Below are positions 11,401 through 22,276 of a stretch of DNA of 64,000 nt, piece after piece (the first letter of the stretch is position 1; each line of letters starts with the position of its first letter). The DNA lies in contig CM075979.1 of the NCBI GenBank assembly GCA_038087875.1, forward strand, positions 15,996,001-16,060,000. Direction: 5' to 3'. The position numbers were made by a program, and so were the translations under genes. This DNA is from Malacoraja senta (lineage: Eukaryota). Under the pieces are notes generated by a model, which was not told the origin of the DNA, did not search any database, and saw nothing but the letters and a program-made list of their open reading frames with translations.

Positions 11401-13186
11401 GGCAGTTGCAATTGATACTTTGACATTGAGGTGGTATGTTTTATATATTTTCATACCATTTTGCCTAATAGGTCGGAGTCTGCAAGAAATCAAGCAGGAT
11501 GCCGCTTTGGGGGTGCTTGTAATACCTAATTGGCTGAATCAAGCATGGTTTCCCTTTGATGTTACAGTTAGGGATCCAACATCTTTTTGGTGGTTTCCCA
11601 AGCATAGGAATTGACTGGAGCATCCGCTAACATGGGAAAGTCATCTGTTATGTGTTTGTATTGACTTGTTAATTTGCAGGTTTTAAGAAGGCCATACCTG
11701 GAGCAAGGACGGTCTGGGTGAACGGTGGACATGCTCACTGTAGCCTGGAGAAAGAGTACTCAAAAGGGGTATATTACTTATGAAAAAAATGGGAGCAATA
11801 TTGTGTACAAAATAATATTGACTATAATACTGCAGGTATTGTGGATATTTTAGAGTTCCTGTTGACACTCTATGATGATGAGGGGCTCAGTTATAGCACC
11901 ATTAATACAGCTTTAAGTGCTTTGTCATGTATGGTCTTGATGGGGTCAGGAAAGATCCTATTGATTCTCATCATATAATAGCTGGATTGATGAAAGGAAT
12001 TTCAACTCTAAACCTCCTAAACCCAGGTATATTGCGATCTGGGATGTAAGTGAGGTCCTCAAGATGCTTCAACAGTAGGTTCCTGTCATGTCTCTGAATT
12101 TGCCAAACTAATCATGAAAGTGGTTATGCTCTTGGCATTGGTTCAGCATAGCAAGTTCAGATTTTGCAAAAACTTCTGCTAGACAGGATGGAAGTTGCTG
12201 AAGAGAATGTTATGTTATATAATTGCGTCCTGCTTAAGCAGAGCAGGCCAGGTGTCACAGGTTTGTTAAAATTGTGTTTCAGCATAACCTACTGATCCAT
12301 GTTTATGTGTAATGGCACATTTATTTCATTATATTGAAGCTATAAAGACCTTAAGAAATGTGGAAACAGCATTGTTTATCAGTTACATGAAGCCACACAA
12401 GAGAATGTCAGTGCAGACTATCTCAAGGTGGTTTAAACCAAATGTTGATTAAGGCAGGTATTAACACTGAAGTATATATATCCTTTTTCCACTAGTGCAG
12501 CAGCAACGTCGTTGGCTAGGGCGATGGATGTTCACAGCGGACATATTTTTATAGGTGCCGGGTGGTCAAATGAATTATTTAAAAAAATAAAAAATAAAAA
12601 TTATTATTATTATTTTTTTTTTACCATCGGCCGATCGCAGAGAGGCTGTTTGCAAATTCAGTATTAAGTCCTGTTTAGTTCCCCTGGGATAGACGGGTTA
12701 CTGTTTTGATTTGATTATTCAAATCAATTGTTACTGCATGATATTAACATTTCATGTTTAACGTATTATTGATTGTTTCTCATCGAAAGTCAATCAATGC
12801 AGTGAGGCCGGGATTTGGATCTGCGGCATAAAATCACAGAGCTTTGAACCCTTCACGTAGTCACTCACGTGACTCCGAAGTAAAATAGTAAGATTAAACG
12901 AGAACTTACCAGTTTGAAGTTTGATCTTTATTTTATGAGGAGTTACGTTGGTGATTACGTGCCCGCCACGCCCAACCCTCTCTCATAAAAAAGGTCATAT
13001 GGTAGTTCTCATGTTGCTCATCTTAATATGTTACTTCAAATATTGTGTTGTCTGTGATTTCATCCCGCTGCTTTGAAGATTGACGCGCATGCGCCCTGAC
13101 GGGTCTTCTTCACGTAATCACTAACGTAACTCCTCATAAAATAAAGATCAAACTTCAAACTGGTAAGTTCTCGTTTAATCTTACTA
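8451..13186 (+). mobile_element. DIRS1-like tyrosine-recombinase retrotransposon (defective copy A)
   Basis: Left ITR from 8451; right ITR with extension ~13080-13186; internal complementary region 12851-12961 joining both termini; decayed RNase H (~10900-11270), adenine methyltransferase-like region (DIDLF.ASR..WEPD..AID, ~11330-11570) and YR (~11690-12570); no TSD. Confidence 0.92.
9976..10370. repeat. ~88-bp tandem repeat with ABAB higher-order structure inside DIRS A
   Basis: Units start at ~9976, 10062, 10150, 10242 and 10331; alternate units are more alike. Confidence 0.8.
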
Positions 13187-13372
13187 TTAAACACAACAAC
13201 AAATAAGCTCTGAGCTCTGAACTGCAAAATACTTTATTATTACTGCACTATATTTGTTATTTATTGAACTTTTTTTTTCTTCCCCCATTATGTACATATT
13301 TTACATATTCACATATTCTGTTGTGCTGCAGCAAGTAAGAATTTCAATAAAACACTCTTGACTCTTGACTTG
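13187..13372 (+). mobile_element. Rex1/Babar-type LINE 3' UTR (resumes after DIRS A)
   Basis: Matches 56173-56346; ends AATAAAACACTCTTGACTCTTGACTTGA. Confidence 0.85.
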
Positions 13373-13379
13373 ACAATTA

Positions 13380-14280
13380 GAAAATAAAATCATGGTAGTG
13401 CAAGTAATGGGCGATAGTGTCCCTTTGCTAAGGTAGTATTAATGTAGTGCAGGTCAGTTCAAGAACCTGATACAATAGTAAAGTAGCTTTTCTGAGCTGG
13501 TGATATGCAACTTCAGGCTTCTCTACCTCCTTACCAATGATAGCGGTGGGAAGAGATGGGTGGGGATCCTTAATGATAGGTGCCACCTTTCTTGAAGCAG
13601 TGTCACATATCGATGCTTTTCTTGGTGGGAAGGGCTGTGGCCATGATGAACTAGGATGAATACACCATTTTCGGCAGCCACTTGACTTCCTGAGTGTTAG
13701 AATTGGCATACCAAGTCATGGTGCAAGCAGTCACAATATATTTCAGTGCACCTTTAGAAGTATGATAGTTTTTGGTGACGAGGCAAATCTCCTTGAGCTT
13801 CTAAGAAAGTCGAGGCCTAGCTAAAGTTAAGGGCGGCACGATGGCTCAGCAGTAGAGTTGCTGCCTTACAGCGAATGCAGCACTGGAGACCCGGGTTAGA
13901 ACCCAACTACGAGTGCTGTCTGTACGGAGTTTGTACCTTCTCCCCATGATCCGCGTGGGTTTTTTCTGAGATTGGTTTCCTCCCACATTCCAAAGATGTA
14001 CAGGCATGTAGGTAAATTGGATTGGCAAATGTGAAAATTGTCCCTAGTGTGTGTGGGATAGCGTTAATAAGCATGGACCTCTGGTCGGCGCGGACCCGGT
14101 GGGCCGAAGGGCCTGTTTCCACACTGTATTTCTAAGCTAAACTAAACTAAACTAAAGTTCTTCATGTTTTTAATGTACATGCTGTGCCCAGGAATTTGAA
14201 GCTGCTAACTCTCTCCATCGTCGACCCACTAATGAAAACTGGCAAGTGGTCTCCCGACTTCCCCTTGCTGAAGTTGAACT
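13380..14280 (-). mobile_element. Older Rex1-type LINE remnant interrupted by an HE1 SINE
   Basis: Minus frame KVAPIIKDPHPS...; ISGSTMERVSSFKFLG at ~14190-14240. Confidence 0.6.
13831..14156 (+). mobile_element. HE1-type V-SINE
   Basis: tRNA-like head, V-domain GGAGTTTGTAC.TTCTCCCC...TTTCCTCCCACA.TCCAAAGA, CR1-type tail GGGCCGAAGGGCCTGTTTCC + (CTAAA)n. Confidence 0.9.
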
Positions 14281-14284
14281 TGCA

Positions 14285-14596
14285 GGGCGGCATGGTGGCA
14301 CAGCGGTACAGTTGCTGCCTTAAAGTGCTTGCAGTGCCGGAGACCCGGGTTTGATCCAGACTATGGTTACTATATGTATGGAGTTTGTACGTTCTCCCGT
14401 GACCGTGTGGGTTTTCTCCGAGATCTTCAGTTTCCTCCAACACTTCAAAGATGTACAGGTTCGTATGTTAATTGACTCGGAATAAGTGTAAATTGTCCCT
14501 AGTATGTAGGATAGCGTTAATGTGCGGGGATTGCTGGTTGGTTCGGACTCGGTGGGCCAAAGAGCCTGTTTCCACGCTGTAAATCTCTAAACTAAA
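14285..14596 (+). mobile_element. HE1-type V-SINE
   Basis: Same three-part structure as 13831-14156. Confidence 0.9.
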
Positions 14597-15016
14597 GTTA
14601 ATGATTAGACCCTGCTTTACATAGCCTCCCTCTCACAAGTGCATCTGTAGCAGATTCACTGAGCGTGCTGCACAAACTCAAATATAATGTGATGATATAA
14701 AACTGATGCTGACTTAAATACCGGCAGGTTGCAATTATTTCCATATTTCTGATGGAAGCCATCTATCAATTATGATATAACAATCAACTGATTTCTGTGA
14801 GCATACAAGGAAATGCATCAATAAGGCTTTGTAGCTCTTTCACTGCGGGAGATGTAACTATTGTCCAGGGGATTCTGAAGCTTGGCTAATATAACAGCCA
14901 TGTCTGATGGAAGGAAAAACATACAAATCAACTTTCGGGATATTCTGCGTTTCTATTGTTAAAGCTGAAATAATCATATATTTAGGCATTCTTAAGTAAA
15001 TCAGAAGTAAATCAGG

Positions 15017-15294
15017 AGCGTAGAAACAGGCCCTTCAGGCCACTGAGTCTGCGCCGACCAGCAATCACCCATACACTAGTTCTATCCTACACACTATAGA
15101 CAATTTACAGATGCCAATTAACCTACAACTCTTCACGTCTCTGGAATGTAGGAGGAAGCCGGAGCACGCAGAAAAAACCCACACGGTCACAGGGGAACAT
15201 GCAAACTCCGTACAGACAGCGCACATAGTCAGAATCAAACCCTGATCTCTGGCGTTGTATGGCAGCAACTCTACCGCTGTGACACTGTGCCACC
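15017..15294 (-). mobile_element. HE1-type V-SINE
   Basis: Reverse complement of the same family. Confidence 0.88.
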
Positions 15295-16032
15295 TCTGCA
15301 CAAAAGTGTTGAAGATACATCAAATTTGGAGATGTATTTTTTTTGCTGTTATTGAAGAAAATAACTGAGATAAAAAGAATGCAATTGACTTGTGGGGATA
15401 GATTTTCAGAACATATTTCAGAACATAATGCTTATTAATTGGATGTCAGCTGCAAAAGGTTTATAATACAGGAGAAAATATATCCATGATGAACAGATAA
15501 TGAATGTTTCTTAGAATGATTCAAAGGGAGATCTCCCTAGAACAATGTTCAGATTTTCTGGCCTGATTCCCAGAATGGGAAGCAATATTTAAGAGGAATG
15601 GGAGTTAAGGAGATTATTTCCATGAGCAGCGAATACTGTGATAATAGAGATTGTTTCCTCTGGTTGAGAGTTAATGATTTGGGATGATCATTTTAAGTTT
15701 TTTTGAGAAATATCTTTATTCTGAGTGATAATGGCACTTGCAATGATCTGCCAATTGTAATATTCAAGCAGAGATAACAGATTCACAACATAGTGATTGA
15801 ATGAAAAGAACATAGGGCTCTGAGGGATGGGTGGGTGGGAAGGGAGGGGTGAGGGGGTGGTTTGAGTAGCATTTTAGAAATACTGATAAATAGATCTAAA
15901 GAATAGTGGACATCAACACAGTCGGCTGAATCATCCTCTTTTGTGGAAGTTTCTTCACACCTCCAAGCACTGAAATCAGCATGAATGCAACGTACAATTA
16001 TGAACTCATAGCTTCTAGAGCAACACTGGTTT

Positions 16033-16325
16033 CACAGTGACGCAGCGGCAGAGTTGCTGCCTTACAGCAGCAGAGACATGGGTTTGATCCTGACTACCAG
16101 TGCTGTCTGTACGGTGTTTGTATGTTCTCCATGTGACCGCATGGGTTTTTTCCGGCTTCCTCCCACACTCCAAAAGGTCTACAGGTTTGTAGGTTACTTG
16201 ACTTTGGTAAAATTGTAAATTGTCCCCAGTGTGTAGGATGGTGTTAGTGTACAGGGTGATCGCTGGTTGGCAGGAACTTGGTGGGCTAAAGGGCCTGTTT
16301 AGGTGCCGTAAATCTAAAGTCTAAA
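16033..16325 (+). mobile_element. HE1-type V-SINE
   Basis: Same family. Confidence 0.88.
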
Positions 16326-17174
16326 GCAACACCCGTAAAGTGTCTTTCCAACCGATGAAAGGCTATTGAACCGAAACATGTTCAGATTTTTTTCTTCATA
16401 GTTTCTGGTTAACCAGCTGAATATTTCCATCCTTATTTGTTCTTATTTCGATTTTTTTTTTAAACTTTCCTGCTCCCCTACATTGTACTGCATACCAAAA
16501 ATCTTTTTAGCATCTGCGATTAATCTTGCAAAGTGGACAGTGGTAATGTGCATTGTAAAGAAAGATAGCTTCCTGTCGTCATGGGTGTAGAGCTCCTATG
16601 GAATATCAAGGACAATTTTTGTAGCAAACCTAATCAGATTCTATGTATCGGAATTTGGATTCTGTCTCTCCTGGGGATTGGAGCATTGATATCTAATTAG
16701 TATTCAGTAAAAATTGTCTTGGCATATTACACAGTAGGACAATAAGGAGATAAAAAGTCTTCCAGCTTTTTTAAAACGTGCTTGGATAAAGTGTGCAAGG
16801 TTAGAATTGTATAGGGATTATGACATTGAAGTTCGGTATCATTTGATATTTTTTGAATTGAGAACAGTGCATATATTGGCATATATTTAGCATTCCACGC
16901 CTCATATTTATACAATGGAAAAAAATATTAGGGAAGGACAATGAAAAAACATAATTATGAGCAGGAATTATCTGTGGGTAGGTATTAATTTAAAGACATA
17001 GCCAAACAAAACATTGAAGGGAATATTTCAAAGCAAAGTTGTGCCAGCTCCCATGCCTGAAAAAAAATTCTGTGTGACAGCATGTAAATAAATAAAATAA
17101 ATAAAATCCACAAAAAAATGCTTAGTTCCAATCGTACCATTAATGGGTCGGAAAAAAAAGGATGATTGATGTTC

Positions 17175-18015
17175 AGAGGGATCTTCTGATCCAAGCCCAT
17201 AGCTTCCTGAAAGTGGCAAAATAAGTAGATAGAATGGTAAGGAAGAAAATGCTGAAGTAACTCAGTAGGCCAGGCAACATCTCTGGGTAGAAGGAATGGG
17301 AGACCCTTCTTCAGACTTCAACCCATTCCTTCTATCCAGAGATGTTGTCTGTCCCGTTGAGTTACTCCAGCATTTTGTGTCTATCTTCGGTGTCAACCAG
17401 CATCTCCAGTTCCTTCCTTCAGATAGAATGGTAAAGAAGGCATATATGTTGCTTTCATCAGTTGGGGATTGAGTATGTCAATGTTATGATGCAGTTTTAT
17501 ATGCCACATTTTGGTGGGCCACATTTGGAAGGATATGGAGGCTTAGCAGAGGTTGCAGAAGATATTTACCTGAAGACTGTCTGGATTAGTGGGAATTAAC
17601 AATAAGGAGAGATTTGACAGACTTGGGTTGTTTCTGCTGAAGCATCAGAGGGTGAGGAGGGACTTGAAGTAGATTGAATTATGACGGGCAAAGATATGGT
17701 AGACAGTCAGAGCCTTTTCCTCAGGGTAGAAATGTCATAAAGTAGCTTTCAGGTGAGAGTTGCAAAATGTAAAGGAGATGTGTGAGGTAAGGCTTTTACA
17801 CAAAGAGTAGTGGGTGCCTGAAATGCACTGCCATGGGTGGTGGTGGAGGCAGACACGAGTGGCATTTTAGAGGCTTTTGAATGAAGACATAAATATGCAG
17901 AGAATGGAGGCATTTGGATCACAAGCAGGCAGAGGAGATTAGTTTAACCTGGTGTCATGTCCAGCATAAACATTGAGAGCTGTAGGGCCTGTTCCTGGAC
18001 CGTACTGTTCTTATT
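17175..18015 (+). mobile_element. Old CR1 3' fragment (interrupted at 17241-17420)
   Basis: GATCT...AAAGTGGC...GTAGATAGAATGGTAAAGAAGGCA through the tail GGGCCTGTTCCTG.ACCGTACTGTTCT. Confidence 0.75.
17241..17420. mobile_element. Penelope-derived short element, inverted dimer
   Basis: Mutually inverted arms around a partial hammerhead (GACCCTTCTTCAG); 14-bp TSD AGATAGAATGGTAA at 17227-17240 and 17421-17434. Confidence 0.85.
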
Positions 18016-18390
18016 TTGTACCAGATACAAACCTCTTTCAAACTTTCACAAATGTCAATCCCTCTTCAATGTTGAAGCATGATTATTTAATTTTGGTTGT
18101 TTAAAGAAACGATAAGTTGAAGCAAAACTCGACAAAATACATTTTCAGTTGACATTTTTGTACTTAAATTTTGGTTACGTAAATAATACCATGCTGGATT
18201 TTTAGCCAGATCTTGCAATAGGACCGATATCAGAACCTCCGTTTCTGAATAAAATATAACTGGAATTGGGGAAGGGGTAAGTATATTGTATAGGATTTAT
18301 TCAAGAGGAGTTTAGGAAGTGAGTCGTTGTTAGCTCGGTATGGCCCATCCAGTGAATTGAAACTTGCCTCGTTATGTTTTGATTTATGGA

Positions 18391-19323
18391 CATTAGCAAA
18401 TTTGCAGATGACACAAAGCTGGGTGGCAGTGTGAACTGTGAGGAAGATGCTATGAGAATGCAGGGTGACTTGGACAGGGTGACTTGGACAGGTTGGGGGA
18501 GTGGGCAGATGCATGGCAGATGAAGTTTAATGTGGATAAATGTGGGGTTATCCACTTTGGTATCAAAAACAGGAAGGCAGTTTACTATCTAAATGCCGTC
18601 AAGTTGGGAAAAGGGGAAGTACAACGGGATCTGGGGGTCCTTGTTCATCAGTCTATGAAAGTAAGCATGCAGGTACAGCAGGCAGTGAAGAAAGCGAATA
18701 GCATGTTGGCCTTTATAACAAGAAGAGTCGAGTATAGGAGCAAAGAGGTCCTTCTGCAGTTGTACAGAGCCCAATGAGGCCACACCTGGAGTATTGTGTG
18801 CAATTTTGGTCCCCTAATTTGAGGAAGAACATTCTTGCTATTGAGGGAGTGCAGCGTAGGTTAATTCCCGGGATGGCGGAACTGTCATATGCTGAGAGAA
18901 TGGAGTGGCTGGGCTTGTACACTCTGGAGTTTAGAAGGTTGAGAGGGGAACTTATTGAAACATATAAGTTGTTAAGGGTTTGGACATGCTAGAGGCAGGA
19001 ACCATGTTCCCGATGTTGAGGGAGTCCAGAACCAGGGGCCACAGTTTAAGAACAAGGGTAAGCCATTTCGAACGGAGACAAGGAAACACTTTTTCTCACA
19101 GAGAGTTGTGCGTCTGTGGAATTCTCTGCCAGTTCTCTGGATACTTTCAAGAGAGAGCTAGATAGGGCTCTTAAAGATAGCAGAGTCAGGGAATATGGGG
19201 AGAAGGCAGGAACGGGGTACTGATTGGGGATGATCAGCCATGATCACATTGAATGGCGGTGCTGGCTCGAAGGGTCGAATGGCCTACTCCTTGCACCTAT
19301 TATCTATTGTCTATTGTCTATTG
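18391..19323 (+). mobile_element. 5'-truncated CR1 LINE (RT C-terminus and tail)
   Basis: ISKFADDTK, WQMKFNVDKC, RPHLEYCVQFWSP; frameshifts; (TATTGTC)n tail. Confidence 0.92.
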
Positions 19324-19337
19324 ACAAGGAGGTATAA

Positions 19338-20776
19338 TAGTAAGATTAAATGAGAACTTACCAGTTTGAAGTTTGATCTTTATTTTATGAGGAATTACAT
19401 TGGTGATTACGTGAAGAAGACCCGTCAAGGCGCATGCGCGTCAATCTTCAAAGCAGCGGTATGAAATCACAGACAACACAATATTTGAAGTAACATGTTA
19501 AGATGAGCAACAAGAGAACTACCATTTGACCTTTTTTATGAGAGAGGGTTGGGCGTGGCGGACACGTAATCACCAACGTAACTCCTCATAAAATAAAGAT
19601 CAAACTTCAAACTGGTAAGTTCTCGTTTAATCTTACTATTTTACTTCGGAGTCACGTGAGTGACTACGTGAAGGGTTCAAAGCTCTGTGATTTTATGCCG
19701 CAGATCCAAATCCCGGCCTCACTGCATTGATTGACTTTCGATGAGAAACAATCAATAATGCGTTAAACATGAAATGTTAATAATAATAATAATAATAATG
19801 GATGGGATTTTTATAGCGCCTTTCTAATACTCAAGGCGCTTAACATCGCATTATTCATTCACTCCTCAGTCACACTCGGTGGTGGTGAGCTACTTCTGTA
19901 GCCACAGCTGCCCTGGGGCAGACTGACGGAAGCGTGGCTGCTAATCTGCGCCTACGGCCCCTCCGACCACCACCAATCACTCACACACATTCACACGCAT
20001 TCACACGCAGGCAAATGTGGGTGAAGTGTCTTGCCCAAGGACACAACGACAGTATGCACTCCAAGCGGGATTCAAACCGGCTACCTTCCGGTTGCCAGCC
20101 GAACACTTAGCCCATTGCGCCATCTGTCGTGCAGTAACAATTGATTTGAATAATCAAAACAAACAGTAACCCGTCTATCCCAGGGGAATTAAACAGGACT
20201 TAGTACTGAATTTGTAAACAGCCTCTCTCCGATCGGCTTACTGTCAGCGACTCTAACAAGAAGTCCGACTGCCACCGGCTCCTCACTTACCGCGGACCGT
20301 AGCCGGTATCCCCGCAGTCTAGAGAATGCCGCGGCCCCTATTTTAAACACATCTCGGGAGTCGCTGACCTGCCTGTCAGCGACTCGAAACAACAAGGCCA
20401 ACAGCCACCCGCAGTGACCATAGCTTGCTGAACCCGAATTAAACCTCGGGAGTCGCGGACCGTTCAACCAGCAAAACCCACCGGCCGCTTGCTACCGCAC
20501 TCCCGCGGTCCGAAGCCGACATCCCCGCGGTCCACAATTTCCCCGCGGTCCACCGGGTTATGCTGAATTTCATGTCCAGCAGGAACCTGCGAAAAAAGAT
20601 TCCTGCATCGGACAACCTGAAAAGTAAGTTTAAACTTACCTGCAGGATTTTTTAAACTTACCGCTGGAGAACTCTGTTCCACCCAGCCTGTCTGCGCCAA
20701 TGCGACCGACGTAATGACGCGCATGCGCCCTGACGGGTCTTCTACACGTAGTCACTCACGTGACTCCAAAGTAAAA
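19338..20776 (-). mobile_element. Non-autonomous, internally deleted DIRS (copy B)
   Basis: Both termini and the ICR (~19562-19673) are retained; equals copy A ~8451-9016 fused to ~12630-13186, junction at ~20237. Confidence 0.9.
19781..20129 (-). mobile_element. tRNA-derived SINE with a CORE-like motif and an L2-type (ATT)n tail, inserted in DIRS B
   Basis: A box TGGCGCAATGG, B box GGTTTGAATCC, GTGTCCTTGGGCAAGACACTTCACCC, tail AAGCGCCTTGAG...GGCGCTATAAAAAT...(ATT)n. Confidence 0.85.
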
Positions 20777-21503
20777 TCTAACATTTGGTGAACGGTGGTC
20801 ATAGAAATTCAATTGTGGTCATGAAATGTGAGAAGAAAACTATGCTCAGCTGAGCAAGGAACATTAGCAGTTGATTCTTGAGTGATGAAGTTTCACCAGT
20901 ACCTTACTTTGTTCACAAACAATGTCCCTTTTGTATTTTTTTTTCATAACTCAGCAATGCTGATATTGTCAGCTTCAAGAAAGTAAAGTGTGAGTGTGTG
21001 TGTGTACATGTATGTGTGTGCGTACACATGTTTCTGTGAGGACGGGGGGGGGGGGTGACATTCTCCAATCTCAATACAATTACATGGCAAACATAAAACA
21101 TTGAAAGAAACGTAATGGCAGATGCATTGTACAGGTTATTTCGATGATAATTCACGTGCAAGGAGTGAAAGATGATCTTCACATTGATAACAGTGGAAAT
21201 TGATTTTCTGGTGACAACAGTAGAGATGGGTAGGAAGATATAAAAGCTATTGTAGTAAAATGAACACAATAAAATCTTGAGTGGATTGAATCAGATAACT
21301 TTCCAGATAAACACAGAAAATATCCCATCATCAGCAGTATGAGTTGCAAACAGAACAAAGCTGTGCTAACTGGAGACACACAGTTGTCATTGACAAAAGC
21401 ATATTAAAAAGACACATTTTATAAGAGTTTCACAAGGATCATTCTGGTAATAGAATATGACAAGCAGGCTGGAACTAGAAGGTCAGGAACATGATTAAGT
21501 GTG

Positions 21504-21638
21504 AATCAGTCTGAAGAAGGGTCTGGACCCGAAACGTCACCCATTCCTTCTCTCCTGAGATGCTGCCTGTCCCGCTGAGTTACTCCAGCATTTGGTGTCA
21601 ATCTTCGACTTAAACCGGTATCTGCAGTTCTTTCCTAC
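21504..21638 (+). mobile_element. Penelope-derived short element with an intact minimal hammerhead core
   Basis: CTGAAGA-A-GGGTC-TG-GACCC-GAAA-CGTC at 21511-21538; TSD ACATGATTAA(G/A)TGTG at 21489-21503 and 21639-21653. Confidence 0.85.
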
Positions 21639-21754
21639 ACATGATTAAATGTGTAGTTGGAACCGGGGAGAGGAATGTGGCATGGGCAGAACCGAGCATC
21701 GGGAATGTTACTATTATGCAGTTGAAATCAGGGTGTCAGATATGGGGTTAGCTA

Positions 21755-22036
21755 TGTCAGATATGAGAAAAGATTTAACAGGAATCTGAGGGGTAACTTT
21801 TTCACACAAATGGTGGTGGGTGTATGGAACAAGCTGCCAGAGGAGGTAGTTGAGGCTGGGACTATCCCAATGTTTAAGAAACAGTTAGACAGGTACATGG
21901 ATAGGACAGGTTTGGAGGGATATGGGCCAAACACGAGCAGGTGGGACTAGTGTAGCTGGGACGTGTTGGACGGTGTGGGAATGTTGGGCCGAAGGGCCTG
22001 TTTCCACACTGTATCACTCTGAGATTATGACTCTAT
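21755..22036 (+). mobile_element. CR1 3' fragment
   Basis: GGTAACTTTTTCACACA...TGGAACAAGCTGCCAGAGGAGG...GGGCCGAAGGGCCTGTTTCC tail. Confidence 0.85.
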
Positions 22037-22147
22037 ACAGCCAGTTGTGACCAGGACCCTGGTTGTGCTTGTGGCCAAAATGAGGGGCCAGGAATGTGGA
22101 TCGGTGTGTGGCCGGATCCAAGGATTGCGAGTTTGGTTAGGAATGGT

Positions 22148-22276
22148 CTTATTCTTCTTGCACATGGTCTGCACAGCCTAAAGTTGGAGGACAACTTGTT
22201 CTATTTGATTGTGCATGCAGGTTGATTGCATTCGTCGAAACAGGGCGGACCAGGCGAAGGATGCAATCTCCCACCC
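22148..22276 (-). mobile_element. 129-bp retroposon: HDV-like ribozyme head + (AAG)n LINE-type tail
   Basis: 12-bp TSD GTTAGGAATGGT at 22136-22147 and 22277-22288; minus-strand tail GCAAGAAGAATAAG; no tRNA A/B boxes. Confidence 0.8.
22224..22276 (-). ncRNA. HDV-like self-cleaving ribozyme fold (degenerate copy)
   Basis: GGGUGG GA GAUUGCA UCC UUCGCCU GGU CCGCCCU G UUUCGA C GAA UGCAAUC maps onto P1, J1/2, P2, P3, L3, P3', P1', P4, catalytic C, GAA, P2'. Confidence 0.7.

Noticed and set aside
11330-11614. Adenine methyltransferase as a bacterial horizontal transfer
   Set aside because: It is the known MT-like domain of DIRS1-type pol, and it is decayed here
13831-13910. tRNA genes
   Set aside because: All tRNA-like segments are SINE heads joined to V or CORE-like bodies
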